Source: Camelus dromedarius
Lineage: Eukaryota
Assembly: GCF_036321535.1 (NCBI RefSeq)
Contig: NC_087436.1
Coordinates: 44,332,001 to 44,396,000, forward strand
DNA length: 64,000 nucleotides
Direction of reading: 5' to 3'
Shown here: in pieces, positions 61,607-64,000 of the stretch
How the letters are laid out: each line of letters opens with the position of its first letter
Position numbering within the stretch: position 1 is the stretch's first letter
Made by a program: the position numbers and the translations under genes
The notes under the pieces: generated by a model
What the model was told of the DNA's origin: nothing
Databases searched by the model: none
The model's input: the letters and a program-made list of their open reading frames with translations, nothing else

Positions 61607-63656
61607 GCTTTAACAGTGCTCAATTAATTATTTCTTACTAGATAAGTTTGAGAAGCATGAGCCCTTCTATGTAAACAAATTTAAATGGCAGATTTCGATT
61701 TATTTTTATAATTTTAATTATATCAAGTATATGTAAATATACTTATATGCATACATATAAATATATTATCTCAGATAAATGTATAGCTGAGAAAAAATTG
61801 AAATTTATAATGCAATACTAAATTTCAAAACTTTTCAGAGGACAAAATACTGAGCAGCTGAAAAAAAGAACTTTAAAACCTACTTCAGTTCATACTGCTT
61901 GGATTTTAAAATGACCTAGGATATTCCTTAACTAATAATTTGGTTGTTTTTTTCAGTAATCTAGGCAAGGTGTATTCTAATGAGTTATAGGCATATTCCA
62001 CTTTTCAAAAGTTCATTTTATGCCACTTCACTTTTACAAAAGACCTTCATCAGTACCTGTTTTCGATAACAGAAAGAAATATGAAGAAAAGCAAAAATGC
62101 ATTCAGCCTTTGTTTTGCAATGAGCTGTTAGAGAGGTAGCAGGTACCTTTAGCAATGAGGGTTCCACCACCAGCTCCTTCCCCAAGATCTACTTTCAGCA
62201 TCTCAGCATCAACCCCCCAGTAGCTTTGACCTGTGTCTGTGAGCTTCTGTGCTTTTTCTCAATTTATTTTGTACATCCCCTAGCAAGATGTGTCCTAAGG
62301 TGCTGCTGCTTCACTTTAGGACATTATGGCTTATGAAAGGTTTCATAGGAACACTCTGCTTTTGGATAGCAGGGGAAACCTGTATTCTAGAAATGTTTTG
62401 GGAAATTTCTAAGTGAATTGATTCGGGTATTGCTACCTCAGTATGTACTATTCATTCTAAAAAGTGAATTGTTTAAATGTCTGCACATGTAATATATAGA
62501 GACAAGCTAAATCGCTACCTTTTCCTGTGATTTTTCAGGTATTTTCAGTGATTCCTTTGGTGTTTGTTTGATTTTACAATTCGTGTTCTTTTAAAGCCAC
62601 TCAGAGTAAACAGTGTCCTTGTACTGTATCATGAAAATGAGGTAAACTGACCAATATACTACCTTCTTGTGATTTTTAAAAGTTTGTTTAAACAAAACAA
62701 ATCAGAAACAAAGCTGTATACTCATTTACTTTTTTGACAGATAAAACATTTGGCTCTCATGCAGTTATTTTATACAGCCTCAAGAACACCGTCCTTAACG
62801 GATCCTGCTTAAAATTTAAAAAAAATCTCTTGCTAGGTTCCCTGTTATACAGAATTACTAGCAGAATAACCTTTCACCTCAAGTTAAGGGAATTCTTAAC
62901 AGCTTCTTTTTATGAAGTGCTGATTTCTTCTAAGGGATGATTTCTCCTTGGAAAATTTTCACATTCTGAGATGTGAAATTCTGACTGAGGCTTTCCATTT
63001 TTGTTTGAATTATACTTGGAAAATGACCACTGTCTGTATATTCTTTACTCTCCCTCTCTAGATGGCAGCATTTGTTTCATAGACTATCTCCCCTTTTCTT
63101 TTTTGGACCACCTTCTTTATGAATGTCTACACCTGGGGAATATAAGTGCTGACTGAAGACTACCAGACTAAGTGACTAAATGAATGACTACATGGCTTCC
63201 TGGTGAAAGTTGAAGTTATTATTCTATGACTCCTGTTTGTATCTTCTCAACAAAGAATTTGTATTTCACCAAAATCAATTCATGCAAACTTAGGAGAAAA
63301 CATTCCAAATGAAATGAATAAATCCCAAATCTGAAAGCTTTACTTTCCCCCACCCCAGTATGTTCACATGGGATACTGAAATTCTTCCATGTTAGAATAA
63401 TATTACTGAGATTTTTACCGAACTAGTGATGCCCCAACGCTCCTGAAATGTAAAACAAAAACAAAAACAAAGCAAAAACAAAAAACTTAAGTTTCCTAGC
63501 CAAAGTAATAAGTGAGAATATGTATCTCCTTACTATGTGGAAATAGAAATAAAAGCTCCAAACTTATTGAAGTTTGCACATTCCTAATGCCGATTGGTGG
63601 TAAGAAATGTGATTACAGAGCATAGGATTTAGAAATAGCTGAAACATGCCACCATT

Positions 63657-63834
63657 CAAGGTTGCCTCCATGGGCATCTGATCGGTGCAGCCGCATAGAG
63701 TCCTGTGCTTAGAAGGGTCCTAAACTTCGTTTAACGCTCTTCTGTAACTGTCTAGAAATTCCCTATCCTTTCTAAACAAGAGGCTTCACATTTTAATTTT
63801 GCACTGGGCCCCATAAATTATGTAGCCCTTCCTG
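63657..63834. mobile_element. MER91A-like hAT-Tip100 MITE
   Basis: Near full length: GTGCAG.CGCA.AG..CC.GTGCTTAGAAGGG...CACATTTT.ATTTTGCACTGGGCCCC..AAATTATGTAGCC..TCCTG. Degenerate 8-bp TSD CCACCATT/CCACATTT. Confidence 0.85.
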
Positions 63835-64000
63835 CCACATTTTTACTAAGGGCAAGTATCTCAAGTTGACAATACTTTCATAATGAATGATAACAGATAA
63901 TTCCTATTTAGTCAATGAAGTGTGAAGTAGACCAAATGTTATAGGATAACTAAAAACTCTAGGTAAAACAGAAAGCATTCTTAGGTTTTTAGAATCTTTA

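Noticed and set aside
1..64000. Prokaryotic-type systems (CRISPR arrays, operons, defence islands) or a novel multi-gene system
   Set aside because: There are no regularly spaced repeat-spacer arrays and no long or dense ORFs. Mammalian SINE/LINE/LTR content explains most of the recognisable structure.

Overview
This window is AT-rich, CpG-depleted, non-coding mammalian genomic DNA, not prokaryotic. It is very probably camelid (camel/alpaca/llama), judged from two copies of a tRNA-Ala-derived GGGG..GGGTATAGCTCAGTG..-type SINE and the style of the young L1 3' end. I found no cellular protein-coding gene, RNA gene, CRISPR array or operon that I can support. The only ORFs with recognisable protein similarity are L1 ORF2 fragments (19964-21343) and a decayed ERVL gag remnant (~14.7-15.1 kb). 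The first ~36 kb and 58-64 kb are dense with interspersed repeats: L1 of several ages, L2, MIR, MaLR/ERVL LTRs and MER5/MER91 DNA transposons. Several are nested, with readable target-site duplications (TSDs). The ~36-58 kb stretch is poor in large repeats and holds enhancer-like unique sequence, including a ~235-bp CpG-rich patch with clustered K50-homeodomain (TAATCC-type) motifs at 53.5-53.7 kb. The window is probably a large intron or regulatory gene desert. Repeat subfamily names come from my recall of consensus sequences, not from a search, and boundaries without TSDs are approximate. I did not find evidence for a new biological system; the findings are modest, testable observations.
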